From the human T2T-CHM13v2.0 reference genome, Homo sapiens, in the NCBI RefSeq assembly GCF_009914755.1, contig NC_060929.1: 64,000 nt of DNA, one strand, 5' to 3'. Below the pieces are notes generated by a model that worked only from the letters and a program-made list of their open reading frames with translations, was not told the DNA's origin and searched no databases. This document shows positions 62,432-64,000 of this stretch, piece after piece. Position numbers and translations under genes: made by a program. Position 1 is the first letter of the stretch. The number at the start of each line of letters is the position of its first letter.

Positions 62432-62946
62432 TTCACTCAACCCCAAGATATTGTTCCATTCTTTTATACCAGATCTTTGGGCATCTTCTTGGGCAGAAAT
62501 CCAAAAATGCTCTTTTGGAATTCTTTTATTTAGTTTGGGCAACCTAAAAGATAAATGTCATAAAAGTCAAAAGGAAAAAATATTCACCTCTATTCAAGAC
62601 ATCATGCCCAACCAGCTACCTGAGTTAAATGATTTGTACTCTCTCATTAAGATTTCTATTTATTAAAAGACTTAAAACTTGTTTTCAAGATTTTAATCCA
62701 CGTCTTTGGCACATAGCCCTGTGGTGGACTCCTGACCTTACCCAAGTAATGGAGGAGCTACATACACAATTTTTATCTGATAGAACTTGAAGTTGGCTTT
62801 CTTCTCTCTCAAATACAGTCCACATCTTCCAAGAAAAAGAGCCTCAGAAGAAAAAGAAGGCAAAATATGCGTCCAGCACTTCAGATAATCTTGCTCTATA
62901 TTCCTGGGAGATTTATATTCTGTAGTTTGAAAGCGGCCAGTAGCTT

Positions 62947-63070
62947 TCATTCATTAATTCACTCACTCACTCACCCTTCATTCATCAAGCCTTTTTGTAA
63001 GTCCCTACAAATTATATGGGAGTGTACTAGGTGCTGAAACAGTACAATCATCAGGAATGAGTCCCTAGCT
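62947..63070 (-). mobile_element. L2 3' end
   Basis: (ttca/ctca)n followed by gtactaggtgctga. Confidence 0.55.
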
Positions 63071-63822
63071 TATTTTCACCAATGTCCTCTCACCCTGGGA
63101 GGCACAGTCTCTTGTTTTTGTCATGTACAGAAACCCAGTGTTTCATATTCACCTAGCCAATGTGTCAGAGAGGAGTAATCAGCGAACTTCGGGAAGCAGA
63201 CATTTCTTCAGGCTTATTTTGCAAGTGGATGCATAATAATCACTTGAGGAGGATGCTGACTTTATTTTCTAGGCTATGTCAGGATGTCTACAGAGGATGA
63301 TCAGTGAATATATTCAAAGATCCTTGATGGACTAATTTCATTATACTGCACTGGACCCAGGAAATTGTGCTTCTCAAAAGGGTCAGATCAGATGTACTAT
63401 GGCATCTGATGTTTTCTTTACCTTCCGCCATGAATAATTTATCCAAAACCATTCTCAAATTCTGAACAACACAAATAGAGAATGAATTATTAACACAAGC
63501 TTCCTCAACCTCATCATCTTCTCTTCCTTTTTGACTTTATCTTTCTCTTCCCTCTTGTCACGACTCAGTAGGAAAGTCTCTATTCTGGGCTCTTCTGTCA
63601 AACAGCTGTGCACTCGAAGTATTTGTGTCTTGTTTCTTTATCTGTAAAGGGAAGGATTGGATTAAATGATTTTATGGTCTGTCAGCTCTCACAATTTTTC
63701 TTTTTTTAATATCAAGATTTAGGAGTACGAGCGACTTTTCCCTCCAATGCCATTCAACTGCTTCTCTGAATGAGGATTTGAGAAATCTTCATCTAGCATC
63801 AGGTGGAGATCAATGCTTAGAA

Positions 63823-63994
<172 letters not shown>

Positions 63995-64000
63995 TCAAGC

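Noticed and set aside
62306-62666. Tyr/Ile/His-rich ORFs
   Set aside because: They are read through a (TA)/(CA) microsatellite.

Overview
Primate (human or great-ape-like) AT-rich, repeat-dense intergenic or deep-intronic DNA. I recognise no host protein-coding gene, functional RNA gene or CRISPR array. The centre holds an old MER119 DNA transposon split by a near full-length L1MC1-type LINE (carrying four Alus and a MER2) and by a full-length ~6.0 kb L1PA2-like LINE. That L1 has an intact ORF1, an ORF2 broken by three frameshifts, an open antisense ORF0 and a 15-18 bp TSD. The rest is solo LTRs (LTR1, MER50, MER34/39, MER21, MST, MLT1), truncated or inverted L1s, Alus, L2/MIR/L3 relics and microsatellites. 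The least expected structures look like DNA-repair scars: a 100-bp templated copy of nearby sequence inside an Alu, a short interstitial (TTAGGG)n tract, perfect short hairpins overwriting old LTR sequence, and an inverted pair of LTR halves. A few splice-site-bounded segments may be exons of a non-coding transcript. I found no convincing new biological system. Repeat subfamily names come from recalled consensus sequences and should be confirmed with RepeatMasker/Dfam.
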